From Centroscyllium fabricii (taxonomy: Eukaryota): 51,517 bases of DNA. The notes beneath the pieces are model-generated. The model had not been told where the DNA came from. It did not search any database and saw only the letters and a program-made list of their open reading frames with translations. Positions 1 to 10,946 of the stretch are shown in pieces. A program made the translations under genes and the position numbers. The DNA lies in the NCBI GenBank assembly GCA_051313645.2, contig JBNRSN020000770.1, positions 62,001 to 113,517 of the forward strand, read 5' to 3'. How positions within the stretch are numbered: the stretch's first letter is position 1; each line of letters starts with the position of its first letter.

Positions 1-973
1 TTGCAACTTCCTCTGGGGAGTCTGGCTGCTCAGGCTGTTCCTCCTGGCTAATGGGGGCGGCTGCTTACGATGTTCCTGTGGCACAGTAAAGAAAAGAGTC
101 AGAGAGGAGATGCCAAAATTACATGCACACTTAATATTACAGATTATTATAATTCCTTCTGTCAGAGCTTCAGAATCATTATGAACGACTCATGCAATGT
201 CAATGAGAGAAAACTATTCTGTCACCAGCTTGCTGTGGTGCACCCGTCTGTCTGTCCCCCACTTGCGTGCCTTCCTCTATTGCTAAGATCTCCAGGACTG
301 CCTCCTGCCAGGGTGCGAGGTTAGCTTGTAAGGGTGGCCTTCCTCATGTGCTATCTCTTACTTCTTATTTTGAGCTCTATTTTCCTGCAATTTGGGAGCC
401 AAGTGGTGTATAATTGAGAATAAGTGAGTGAACGCAGAGATTCCGTAGCATAGATATATTGAAGGAGATAAAGATGGAATGAGTTGGCAAAACCAAGACC
501 CCTTCAGTGTTTTGTCAGTTGTTTTCATAGCATCACAGTGATCGGGAGTGAGAGGGATGCATAACTGAGTATTTACGTGAATGTGACCATAGATGGAAAG
601 GGAATGGGTAAGGGTGCATGGATGTCAGTGTCAAGTGGGATGTGGAGTGGAATGTGGAGGAAGAGAGTGGTAATGCTGAGTGCTGGTGAGAAAAGGCAAT
701 AGGGATCAGATTCAGCGTGATGGGGATTCATAATCACTTTTCAAGTGCGCAGAAGATTATGAAATCTCTTCCTGCACTGAAGCCAGGTTCTGCAGGTTAT
801 TGACATTGTGTGGACCTCCTCTGCCACCTGGATCCACACAGAATTGGTCTGCTGGGGAGGCTTCAACCTCCCTGATGAAAGGACGCCGCTTTATTAGCTC
901 TTGTTCCCTCAACTAAAGCTTGCCATGACACTCCATCAAACCTGGGAGCAGACCGAGATCTGTCGCTGGCCAT
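1..973 (-). pseudogene. Spliced Myb/SANT-like DNA-binding protein relic (Harbinger second ORF; NAIF1/MSANTD-like)
   Basis: Hand translation: ATG at 973, MASDRSRSAPRFDGVSWQALVEG...WIQVAEEVHTMSITCRTWLQCRKRFHNLLRT, then a GTGATT donor at 737. TTGCAG acceptor at 385 precedes ENRAQNKK*...WQEAVLEIL. Stops and frameshifts present. Confidence 0.65.
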
Positions 974-1224
974 TTTGCCTCCCGCTCCTTTTAGCATGAA
1001 AGGGTAAAGTTTCGCAGTCTTCAGAAGAAGGAATGCTTGTTGCAGCCCCTAAATGCAGCAGCAATTATAACGTCATTGGAGCGGACTTTCGGTCAGAACA
1101 AACTCAGTTGCCAAGGACAATCAAGATAAAATTGCATCACTCTCCCACATCCATTTAGTTTCGGGTGGATAACCCGAAATGCGGATAACATGACACCATC
1201 CTGCACCTGAGTTAAAATCCAGCC
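1..1224 (-). mobile_element. Degraded PIF/Harbinger-type DNA transposon end carrying a Myb/SANT ORF relic
   Basis: Minus strand encodes a Myb/SANT-like segment. A terminus-like motif GCGGCTGGATTTT (minus, ~1212-1224) resembles the GGG-starting ends of other MITEs here. The other end lies outside the window. Confidence 0.55.
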
Positions 1225-1440
1225 GCAATAGTCAACGCGCTTCCTGTAGAATTTTCAATCACAGAAAGCCCTGGATGTACTGAGAAGCTAAAGATAAATA
1301 TTTGGAAGGCAGGAAAATTTCAGATCCTAATGGACAGCTCTGTACTGTCATCCCTTGACAGACAGATCCGCAGAATGAGGTGGTCAATGGACCTTTGTTC
1401 ATCGCACTGGATCATTTGTCAACACTCTGATATATTTCAC

Positions 1441-2360
1441 TTGCTGCAGCTGTACACAGTATTGGTGAGACCGCATTTGGAATACTGTGTGCAGTTTTGG
1501 TGTCCATACTTAAGAAAGGATGTACTTGCCCTGGAGGCAGTGCAGAGAAGGTTTACACGGTTAATTCCAGCGATGAGGGGGTTGACATATGAGGAAAGGT
1601 TAAGTAGGTTGGGACTCTACTCTTTAGAGTTCAGAAGAATGAGAGGCGATCTTATTGAAACGTATAAGATCGTGAGGGGCCTTGATCGGGTGGATGCGCC
1701 AAGGATGTTTCCAATGATCGGGGAGACTAGAACTAGGGGGCATAGTCTTAGAATAAGGGGGGGGCTCTTTTAAAACTGAGATGAGGAGAAACTTCTTCAC
1801 CCAGAGGGTGGTTAATCTATGGAATTCACTGCCTCAGGGAGCTGTGGAAGCGGGAACATTAAATAAATTTAAAACCGAAATAGACTGTTTTTTAGCAGAC
1901 AAGGGAATTAGGGGTTACGGGGAGAGGGCAGGGAAGTGGACCTGAGTTATGGTTAGTATAGTGAGACCTGAGTGATCTCCTGGACAAGTTTCGATCGCCT
2001 GGATTGGGGTCGGAGAGGAATTTCCCGGATTTTTTTCCCAAATTGTACTTGGGTTTTTATCCGGTTTTTCGCCTCTCCCAAGAGATCACACGGTTCTTTG
2101 GGTGGGAGAAGGGTGATAGTGGTACGAAGGTTAGGGTAGGATCAGCAATGATCATGATGGGTGAGGGGGCGGGCTCGGGGGGCCGATTGGCCTACTCCTG
2201 CTCCTATTTATGGGGTTCTTGTGTTCTTGTGTTCCTGTGTTCTTGTTTCTTCTGTTCTTGTGTTCTTGTGTTCAGCCATGAACGAATTGAATGGCGGTGC
2301 AGGCTCGACGGATCGAATGGTCTTCTCCTGCACCTATTTTCTATGTTTCTATGTTTCTAT
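1441..2360 (+). mobile_element. CR1-clade LINE 3' fragment (RT C-terminus + 3'UTR, two successive tails)
   Basis: LVRPHLEYCVQFWCPY...VQRRFTRLIP...YEERLSRLGLYSLEFRRMRGDLIETYK; tails (GTTCTTGT)n ~2215-2273 and (TTTCTATG)n ~2338-2360. Confidence 0.9.
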
Positions 2361-2384
2361 TGTTGGCATACAAGGCATCTTCCC

Positions 2385-2690
2385 CACGTGTGCAGCTGAG
2401 GCAAAACTCATAGGCGTGGTAAGCAGTGAAGAGGATACGGTCAGCATGAAAGTGTCAGATGGGTGAAAGAGACATATAAGTAGAAGATCAAATTTACCTC
2501 AAAGAAGTGTGAAGTGTTTAATTTTGGTACGAAGAATGAGGAAGGCACATTTAACTATATTGTTAAGGAGGGGCTGGAGCACAAAATCCTGGGGGTGTAT
2601 GTACACGAGTCTTTCAATTTGGCGGGACAATTTGAGAAGGCTGATAGAAAGGCATACGGGATGCTTGGCCTTTTAGACAAGGCAACACGT
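2385..2690 (+). mobile_element. Highly degraded CR1 RT fragment
   Basis: AAEAKLIGVVSSEED (ADDTKL-like), LGVYVHES and KAYGMLG motifs in different frames. Confidence 0.6.
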
Positions 2691-2694
2691 ACAA

Positions 2695-2881
2695 AAGCAG
2701 AGTTTATCCTGCAGAGGCCCTTCTCCAGGGCAGCCATAGGATCTGCCAAGACCATTCTTGCCAGGTCGGCAATGCCGGTTTTCAGCGCATGCGCTGTGCA
2801 TGCCTTAAACCGGCATTTCCGGTGTCCCTAATGGTGGGTACACAGCGCCTACCCACCCATAGGGATTGGAATATCCGGGCT
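2695..2881. mobile_element. Short palindromic MITE-like fragment
   Basis: Internal inverted repeat GCCGGTTT...GCGCATGCGC...AAACCGGC; ends in GGAATATCCGGGC, similar to other GGG/CCC-type termini. Confidence 0.3.
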
Positions 2882-2989
2882 ATGCTATTTTCAATTGAAC
2901 ATCAGGGCTTGCTGATATCCAATTACAGGTCAACCCAAACCAAATCTATCAGTTGATTCGAGATTTGTTGTGAAGGGTGGAGAGGTCAC

Positions 2990-3403
2990 GTTTAACTGTA
3001 TATATCAGTGAACAGGACCATGCACGTTTGGCTCCTCTGGATGAGCCAACTCTGTGTCCGAGTTTTAGTTCCTAGGTTGAAGCCGTGTGGTGCATTTGGG
3101 ATTCTTATTCTTATAAATGTCGTAGTTTTATACAATTGAGCCAAACCCATTTCCGAGGGTTGTTGAGAGTCAATAACATTGGCAGATATTATATGGTTTA
3201 GTACCCTCAAGGATATTCATGATTCTGTTGGTATTTTATGACAATCCGACAGCTTCAGCGCCACTTGGCCTGATAAATCTTATTTCAGATACATTTAGCT
3301 TTTTTATCTGTATTCAAAATTCAGACATGATGAGATTCGAACTCACGTTCCCTAGATTATTAGTCCCGGCCTCTGGATTACAAGTCTACAGTTCCTTAAC
3401 CTT
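2990..3403 (-). mobile_element. tRNA-derived SINE (SacSINE1/Deu-like head) relic
   Basis: Minus strand ...GTAATCCAGAGGCC...GAGTTCGAATCTC (B box, 3332-3344) followed by GCTGTCGGATTGTC; family name is from recall. Confidence 0.55.
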
Positions 3404-3543
3404 TTAAAAAAATATATATTAGTTTGCATAACACATATTTCGAGTAAAAGTGTATGACAAGATCTCTTTGTTTATCTGACTGTAACTAATAACCTTAGTC
3501 ATGCATTCGTACTAATTGCTCCCGGGGCAGGGGTTCCCTATCC

Positions 3544-3548
3544 TATAA
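3544..3548 (+). promoter_or_regulatory. Possible TATA box of the GPCR pseudogene
   Basis: TATAA about 90 bp upstream of the inferred start of exon 1. Confidence 0.25.
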
Positions 3549-3633
3549 CTAAGGGTTCCTTTGAGAAGTTGAGCACATTCGCTCAGTCAGTGCCTTCTTT
3601 TCAGCACCACAGTCATCGTTACTTCTCACAGAA

Positions 3634-3704
3634 ATAGGGATATCCAGTGAATTTTCAGATTGAAATCATTTACTGTCCTGTTCCTGCGGCTGTTGGTATC
3701 CCTG
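3634..3704 (+). pseudogene. GPR139/142-like GPCR pseudogene, exon 1
   Basis: GYPVNFQIEIIYCPVPAAVGIP followed by G|GTTGGT donor (phase 1); the start codon is disrupted (ATAGGGA instead of ATGGGA). Confidence 0.7.
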
Positions 3705-5616
3705 GTTGGTACTACATCGAGTTATTAAATTTGTAAATATATGTTAGACTGTTGGTGCCTCCTCTGTAACATTAGATTTCTATTATCGCTTTGCTCTACA
3801 GCCGCCTATTCATTGGTATACGTTACATTTATAGTAATTTGTTATTTGAATATGTTGAGGCCTCTGTTGAAACAATGACGTTTATTGAGCGGTGTCGCTG
3901 GTAGGTTTACAGCAGGGGTGTTCTGTACGTGGGGTGTACTCTCTCTTACCTAAAGCAGATAATGACCTCAAACCAGAAATAAATAGTCTTCGGAATCTTT
4001 GACATATCTATTTGTATGATGGTGTTAAATTTTATACTCGTGTAATTCGGGTATCAGTTACTCTGGTAGTGTCAACTGTACTGACTCGTAATTTCTGTAT
4101 GAGCCACAACTGGATTCCCTCCATGAATCTTTTTGGAAGATTACTCTGAACGAATTTGACATTATTACTGTTTTGTATATGATTGATATCACTGGTGTAC
4201 ATTGATATACATGGATATAACTGGTGTACATTGAAAGTAAAGTAGTTTAATAGCAAGTTCAACTTTACTGACCTGTTTCACATTCGCTGAATCTAGACAA
4301 TGGCATGAGAGGACCTAGGGTAACATTGTTCTATTCGCGATCATATATGGCCATGTTGTATGGAGCTTTGTATTATCCAGTGAGTAGCAACTGTACTCAT
4401 TGATTTCAGACGTTATTTACCATGTGATGAGAATGTATGTCCGGTAGATGTCTTGTGATTAATGCGGGTAACATTAACTATGCTGCAATTCAAACTGGCG
4501 ATAACGAATCGGCAGCCTGCTTTCCATTCATCAGGTGGTTATTATATTGAAGTCAATGTTGCCGACTCGCTATCACCCGCTTTATATTATTGCACAACGT
4601 CAAAATCTACAATGACGTGTGAAAATGTAGACGGATCTCTCTTCACATGATTTGTGTCGTTTAACTGAAAAATTGAATCGCTCAGATTGTCACATGATGA
4701 ACACGTTGCCTGAATTTCTGCGGGAATTCCCCCGATCTGATCTATTTGCATGAGTCCACGTGACATCTCTGATGTGCGCGTTTGCCTGGAGCTGCCATCC
4801 CTTTTAAGTTGTGTTGCATATACTCTTTAGAGTCGGAATGTCACAGGACTTCAGAGCTGCAGTTTGTTCGGACTGACGCCGATATTCTGCTGAATTTAGA
4901 TCGTCATATCGGTGTAAATCCTTGGATGTTGTAGCAATTAGTGTTCAAAATCGGACTTATCAAGAGGATACGAGCAAGTCCATATAATTTCTTGAGAAAC
5001 AGCGGCTCACAGAGACAGTGTCAAAACGGGGGAAAGGATGAGGGATACACTGAAAATCACCACGTTAGAAATAAAGAAAAATGGGCGACAATTTCAAATC
5101 GAGTGCAATGAAGCAAAGAAACGCAGAGCAGCAGATTTTTTGCTGAAATTGTAACGTGGAGTTAATCTTAATGTGTAGCCGGATTGAAAAATGTCCCTGT
5201 ACTGAATCCTCTCAGGTTCAGGGAACAGCTTCTAACTGATGCCGTGTAAAATAGACTGTGTAGAATTTCCCAGCTTTTCTTTGATTCTGATTATGTTAGT
5301 CGCCTTTAAACCGTCATCGACCAATGCACAATTTTATTTTATTAATTTATTATTACCTCTAATTCTACTCGGGGCTCACTGTTGGGAGGCATTCTTTGTT
5401 TAACATTACTTTACCCTTTGAGTTATTCAGTGATTTTATGTTTTTGTCTATCACCATATTGTACCCCTTCATTTCATCACTGCTTCATGTTGCTTTAGAT
5501 TAAAGCTCCGGGAATTTCTCAATTCATCCCTTATTTCTCGTATTATTAATGTACCATCACCTTTTACCTTGTAAAATCATACCTTTTGTCATTTAATCTT
5601 TCCTGCCGCCCACCCA

Positions 5617-6327
5617 TGCATAAGAGATTAGCATGCAACATTAAGGCTCATGAGATTGGGGGTAAGGTATTTACTTGGATACAGAACTTGTTGGCAGATA
5701 GAAAACAGAGAGGTGGAATAAACGGGTCATTTTCCGAGTGGCAGGCAGTGACTAGTGGAGTACCGCAGGGATCAGTCCTAGGACCCCAGCTGTTAACAAT
5801 ATATATTAATTGTCTGGACGAGGAAAATAGATGTAATATCTCCAAATTTGCCGATGACACAAAGCTGTGTGGAAGAGTATTCTCTGAGGAGGATGTCGTG
5901 AAACTCCAGTACGATTTGGCCTGGTTGGATGATTGGGCAGAAACATGTCAAATGTGAGCTTATCCAGTTTGATGGCAAAAACAGTTTATCCAGTTTGATG
6001 GCCAGTAAGTAAAGAACCAGGGATCATAGTCTAAGGATAAGGGGTAAGCAATTCAGAATTGAGATGAGCAGGAATTTCCTCTCCCAGAGAGTGGTGAAAC
6101 TGTGGAATCATCTGCCACAGGGGGCGGTGGAGGCCAGTTCATTAAATATATTCAAGAAGGAGTTAGATATATTTCCTAAGGCTAAAGGGATCACGGGATA
6201 TGGGGAGAAGGCAGGTACGGGGTGCTAAGTTTGGATGATCAGCCATGATCTCATCGAATGGCGGAGCAGGCTTGAGGGGACGAAATGCCTACTCCTGCTC
6301 TTATCTTCTATATCTCTATGTTTCTAT
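5617..6327 (+). mobile_element. CR1 LINE fragment with internal deletion (in the GPCR intron)
   Basis: VTSGVPQGSVLGPQL...KFADDTKL, then a jump at ~5960-6010 to the 3' end and a CTATGTTTCTAT tail. Confidence 0.85.
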
Positions 6328-6329
6328 CC

Positions 6330-6560
6330 TATCACAGGTCTTCCACTTTGTTATTTCCTCCCCTTCCCCCTTTCCCTGCCTCTGCCCTTGCTTAAAGTCT
6401 GTTATATCTCTTTGTTTTTTTTCCAGTTGCAAAGAACGGCCATCCATGTCAAACATTAACTTTGTTTCTCTCTCAACAGCAGCTGCCTGACCTACCGAGT
6501 ATTTCCAGCATTTTCTGTATTTATTTCAGTTTTCCAGCATCCATAGAATTTTGCTTCCGA
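6330..6560 (+). mobile_element. Penelope-like element terminal-repeat relic
   Basis: ...AAACATTAACTTTGTTTCTCTCTC...GCTGCCTGACCT..GAGTATTTCCAGCATTTTCTG; homologous to 23770-23866. Confidence 0.5.
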
Positions 6561-7595
6561 TGTTATCTTCATTTTCCCAAACTTCCAATCTAGGAACTAA
6601 TGTTTGATTTCGTTTGTTTTTCCTATGATTTTTTCAGTTACAGTGAATTCTCATTTCCTTTCTTATTTTATATTTTGTGCTCTCTGTGTTCTCTGAATTG
6701 ATTGCTGAGTTTACTGTTCTGTTTCGCCTTTCACTTCCTTATTATTTAACGTCACATCAATTTATTTCTTAAATTAAACTTTCAATTTTGTTGTTTTAAG
6801 TCATTATAATTTTTGTCAGTTTTTCCCGTTATAAATGGTATATATTTCGTTATCTTAGTGAAACTTCTCTTCTTATCACTGTTCTTTGTTTGATTGTTTT
6901 TCTATATAATTTCAAGTGATTCCCGTTTGACTATTGATTGTTGCTGTTGAATCAGTCCCATGATTTAATTTCTCAGCCCAGTATTTAGTTCAATATTCAC
7001 CGCCACTCTAATGGAAGCTCTCTGCAATGATGTTGTCTCTTCTCTGGGTTGCACAAATTCACTGCTGTTTATAAATTTAACGACGATTTTTTCTTATTTT
7101 ACTCCATTCCATTTTTCATTTGCTCTTTTAATTTCTCCGTTTTTGTAACCTCACATTTCCTTATTAAAGTATTGCTTTCAGTTTTATTTTTCTTTTGCAA
7201 CCGCGCGATTTATTGTGGATTTTCACTCTTTAATTTGATTTCACTACACTGTAATCTCCATGCTTATTTTCCATTTGATGTTGCTTCACTTTGCCAAAAG
7301 CTCACAATTCATTAGTGAATTATTTGTCATGTACTGAACTGCATCTAATATTATAAGTTGCAATTGTTTATATTATTGCACATATTTGCAGTCGCCGTTT
7401 TCATTTACTGTTTTATTCTTTTCCGTGATGTTTGTCTCAGTCAATCTGCATCTAATAAATCGGTGCTCAGTGGCTGACACTGAATTCCATAGTCGCAAAT
7501 CACTATAAGATGTTGCATTATTTATTTTCCTATGATTTCTATCTTTTACTTCAATTATTACTTGAATGTTTTGCGACGTTCCCCAGAGCAGCTGT

Positions 7596-8410
7596 AGAAC
7601 ATAAGGCCACAAGAATTAGGAGCAGGAGTTGACCATCCAGCCCTTGGAGCACGCTCCGCCATTAAATAAGATCAGGCTGATTTAAACCTCAACCCTACTT
7701 TCGCACCCGATCTCCATATCGCTTGATTCTTCAAGAGCCCAAAAATCTATTTATCTCAGCTTTGAAAATATTCAACGACCGAGCATTCAACCGCACTTTT
7801 GGGGCACAAAATTACAAAGTTTTACAACGCTCTGAGTGAATAAATTCCAACTTATCTCAGTCTCTAATGGCTAACCTCTTATCCTAAGACTAGTCAGCTA
7901 GTTTTAAACTTTCGCAGCCGGGGTAAACAATCTCTCAGCATTTACCCTGTCAATTCCCCTAATAACATTAAATGATTTAATATGATCACCACTCATTGTT
8001 CTAAACTCCAGAGAGTATCGGGCTAATCTACTCAATCTCGCCTCGTAGCTCAACACACTGATCCCAGGATTCAATCTAGTGATCTTCCTTGCTCCGCCTC
8101 TAAGGCAATAATATCCTTCCTGTGATAAGGAGATCAAAGCTGTGCACAGTCCTCCAGGTGTCGTCTCACCAAAGCCCTTGCTTCAGGTCTTCATCACATC
8201 TGTACTCCAACCTCCTAGCATTAAAGGCCAACATTTAATTTAACCCCCTAATAGTACATGCATGCTAACTCTATGTGTTTCCTGTACCGGGCACCTTAAT
8301 CTCTCTGACCACAAACAGTTAATAGTTCCTCATCATTTAAAAAATCGAATTTGTTTTTTTATTCTTCGTACCAAAGCGAACAACCTCACATTTCCCGAAA
8401 TTCGCCACGT
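7596..8410 (-). mobile_element. Degraded CR1 LINE 3' fragment
   Basis: Minus ORF LSYEARLSRLARYSLEFRTMSGD, KCEVVRFG, and a reversed 3' tail near 7600. Confidence 0.85.
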
Positions 8411-8576
8411 TATTGTTCAAACACTTGTCTGTATTCCATTGCAAGCTTTTGGTGACTTCCTCGCTGCTACCAATGGGGTAGACAGCAATAATGCTGCAAT
8501 TGCCACAGAATATTCTGGTACACAAGCTTTTATGGTGACATTAGTGATTATTTGCTTGTTCCCCCCTTTCTTACAG

Positions 8577-9460
8577 TTAAATTGGTGGCGATTGTGATCC
8601 TGTCGCGAGGAAAGTGTGGACTCTCCAAATGTATCACTCGCTATCTGGTGACCATGGCAGCGACCGATCTCGCTGTGATTATCACTGATATGATAATGCA
8701 TCGTATTAATAATATGTAGTTTCGTGTTCATAACGTTTGTGTGCTCTCTCAGACAAGTCCTGTATATCGTGTCCCTTGACTGTTCGGTTAGGTTTACTGT
8801 CCTTTTCACCTTTGATCGCTGTATAGCAATTTGTTATCAGAAGCTCAAACCAAAATTTAGCACTCAGAGAACTGCGACTCTGATTATAGCAGCCGTTTGT
8901 GTGGGGAGCTTTTTGAGAAGCATTACAATTTTCTTTGTATACAAACCTATGGTTGTAATTGACAATGTCCCATGGTACTGTACTGCAAAAGCAGAATACT
9001 GGACTTCAACATTCTGGAAGGCATACCAAGTCATCAACAGCATTTTAACTCCTTTATTGCCGATCTTATTAATCTTAGTGTTCAATGCTTTAACTTTTGG
9101 ACACTTTATAGCGGTAAACCGGGTCCGCAGTGGTCTCCGGAGGAATAGTGATAATCACAATGACACAGAGATTGAGAACCGGAGAAAATCTATGATTTTG
9201 TTGTTCGCTCTATCGGCAAATTTCATACTTTTATGGATGACGTTTCGTGTACATTCGTTGAATTGGCAATTAGTAAACTTTAATTATCAGAACAAATATT
9301 TGAATCACCCTGTGTACATCGCCCAGCAGTTTGGGTTTATGCTGCAGCTTCTCAGTTCCTTCACAGACACATGTAACTATGGACTGACACAGAGAACATT
9401 CAGAGATGAACTGAAGTGTGGGATTACATTTCTTTTTACACTAAATGGGAAGTTACATAA
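8577..9460 (+). pseudogene. GPR139/142-like class A GPCR pseudogene, exon 2
   Basis: Polypyrimidine-TTACAG acceptor at 8576; KLVAIVILSRGKCGLSKCITRYLVTMAATDL; in-frame TAG at 8717-8719 plus frameshift; then the listed ORF 8724 with TM3 FTFDRCIAIC and TM4-TM7. Confidence 0.85.
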
Positions 9461-9815
9461 GAACATTATAATTAGGAGCAGGAGTCAGCCATGCGACCCC
9501 TCAGACCTGCTCCTCCATTCAATAAGATCATGGCTGATCTTCCAACTCAACTTCAATTTCCCGCCCAATCACCATAAACCCGTGAATCTCCTCGAGTCCA
9601 AACATCTCTCGATCTCATCCTTGGATATACTCAACGACTGACCATCCACAGCACTTTGAGGTAGAGATTTCAAAAGATTCCCAGCCCTCTGAGTGAAGAA
9701 ATTCCTCCGCAGCTCAGTCTTCAATGGCCGACCCTTTACCCTGAGACTGTGCCCCTAGTTCTATAATCTCTGGCCCGGTAAACAGTGTATCAGCATCTAA
9801 CCTGTCAATGACCCT
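9456..9815 (-). mobile_element. CR1 3' tail inserted at the GPCR C-terminus
   Basis: Reversed CR1 3'UTR (TAGGAGCAGGAGT...GATCATGGCTGATC...GAAGAAATTCCTCC); the GPCR ORF reads into it. Confidence 0.8.
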
Positions 9816-9989
9816 CAGATATAATTATTTCATAATAAAAATAGAGAAGAATTCCTAGCATTGGAAATTACTTTTGTTGTATTTCGTAAAGCTCTGTGTG
9901 CAGGTACTTAGCAGAATGAAGACTTCGTGGCCAGATATATGTAGGTAAATTGAACTATTAAAAAGGGCAGTTAGTGCTTAAGGGAAGGG

Positions 9990-10237
9990 GGTGGCTGTCT
10001 TCTCGTGTCTTACATGAAACCTGCCTATTTTAATCCGGCCACTAGACCGTGTGTTTACAAGAAGTAACACCGACGAACCCTTATAGGTATCCTGCAGGCT
10101 AGAAATGCTCCTGGGTTTGTGTTGCAAGATCGGCGGTATCGGATCGGCCGCCCGTTATAGACAGCACCGGATATTCAGTTCCAATGCCGATCCGATAACA
10201 CCCGTTTTGCGTAACCACCCGAGACGAATTTCTACCC
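9990..10237. mobile_element. Harbinger-like MITE fragment
   Basis: CpG-rich patch ending GAATTTCTACCC (reverse GGGTAGAAATTC; compare GGGCCAGAAATTC at 33804). Left boundary uncertain. Confidence 0.35.
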
Positions 10238-10379
10238 TCTGTTAATTTATCCAGAACATTTTCTACAATCAAAACTAAAACAGAATGAAGGCGGTAAATG
10301 AGCGGTATTAATCAGGGAATCTCCAAACGGTTCCCATCAGGTGGAGCAGGCAAAGAATGTGCTCTTAATCAGGGGCCCC

Positions 10380-10946
10380 CGTGCACAGCATGGAATGGGC
10401 GCTCTTTTCAGAGGCTGAAAAGCGGAGATTATGGAAAGCATTAATTCAATGTCAGCAGACATTAATGAAGGCAAAGTTGGTATTGGGAAGCCCAGGAAGA
10501 TACTAGTTAACAGGAGGGGTTAGTGAATGCAATCAGAGCTGCTGACATCGCGTTCAAATCGCCGTTTTTTTCTCTTTCACCAAAATATATAAAAACCTTC
10601 ACATTTACAAGCTGAAAGACGACAGACAAATATCTCCAAAGGAATCAAAAAAATAATAACTTTAAACGTGCTTTTTTACTTCTCAAAGCTGCCTGCAGCC
10701 TCTTAAGACTGCTTTTTATATGTGCAGCAAAAGGGAGACTTCTCCACGTGATACACCCGCATTTTGAGCAGCTGCCTACAGGAAGTCTGCAGCTCAAAGT
10801 CTTCCTGTGTAGGAAGCTGAAGACCCTTGCCCATCAGCACAGGAAGTTCACGTTTCTGGTAATCACCCGAGCTGCAACGCCACGAGCCCTTTCTGACCCC
10901 CCTTCGTGGGGGTGCAGCTCTTCTGGAGCACAGGAAAACAGGGTCC
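10380..10946 (+). mobile_element. Harbinger-like MITE, right part
   Basis: ~10715-10946 is homologous to ~24975-25202 and ends in the same TIR, GGAGCACAGGAAAACAGGG(T/C)CC. Left boundary uncertain. Confidence 0.6.

Noticed and set aside
3320-3403. tRNA gene
   Set aside because: Only a B box inside a SINE head; no convincing cloverleaf.
6600-7590. Hydrophobic ORFs in a T-rich region
   Set aside because: Low-complexity intronic sequence; Phe/Leu bias follows base composition.
8724-9641. Intact 305-aa GPCR gene
   Set aside because: Starts at GTG after a stop and frameshift, lacks TM1-2, and its last ~60 aa are antisense LINE.
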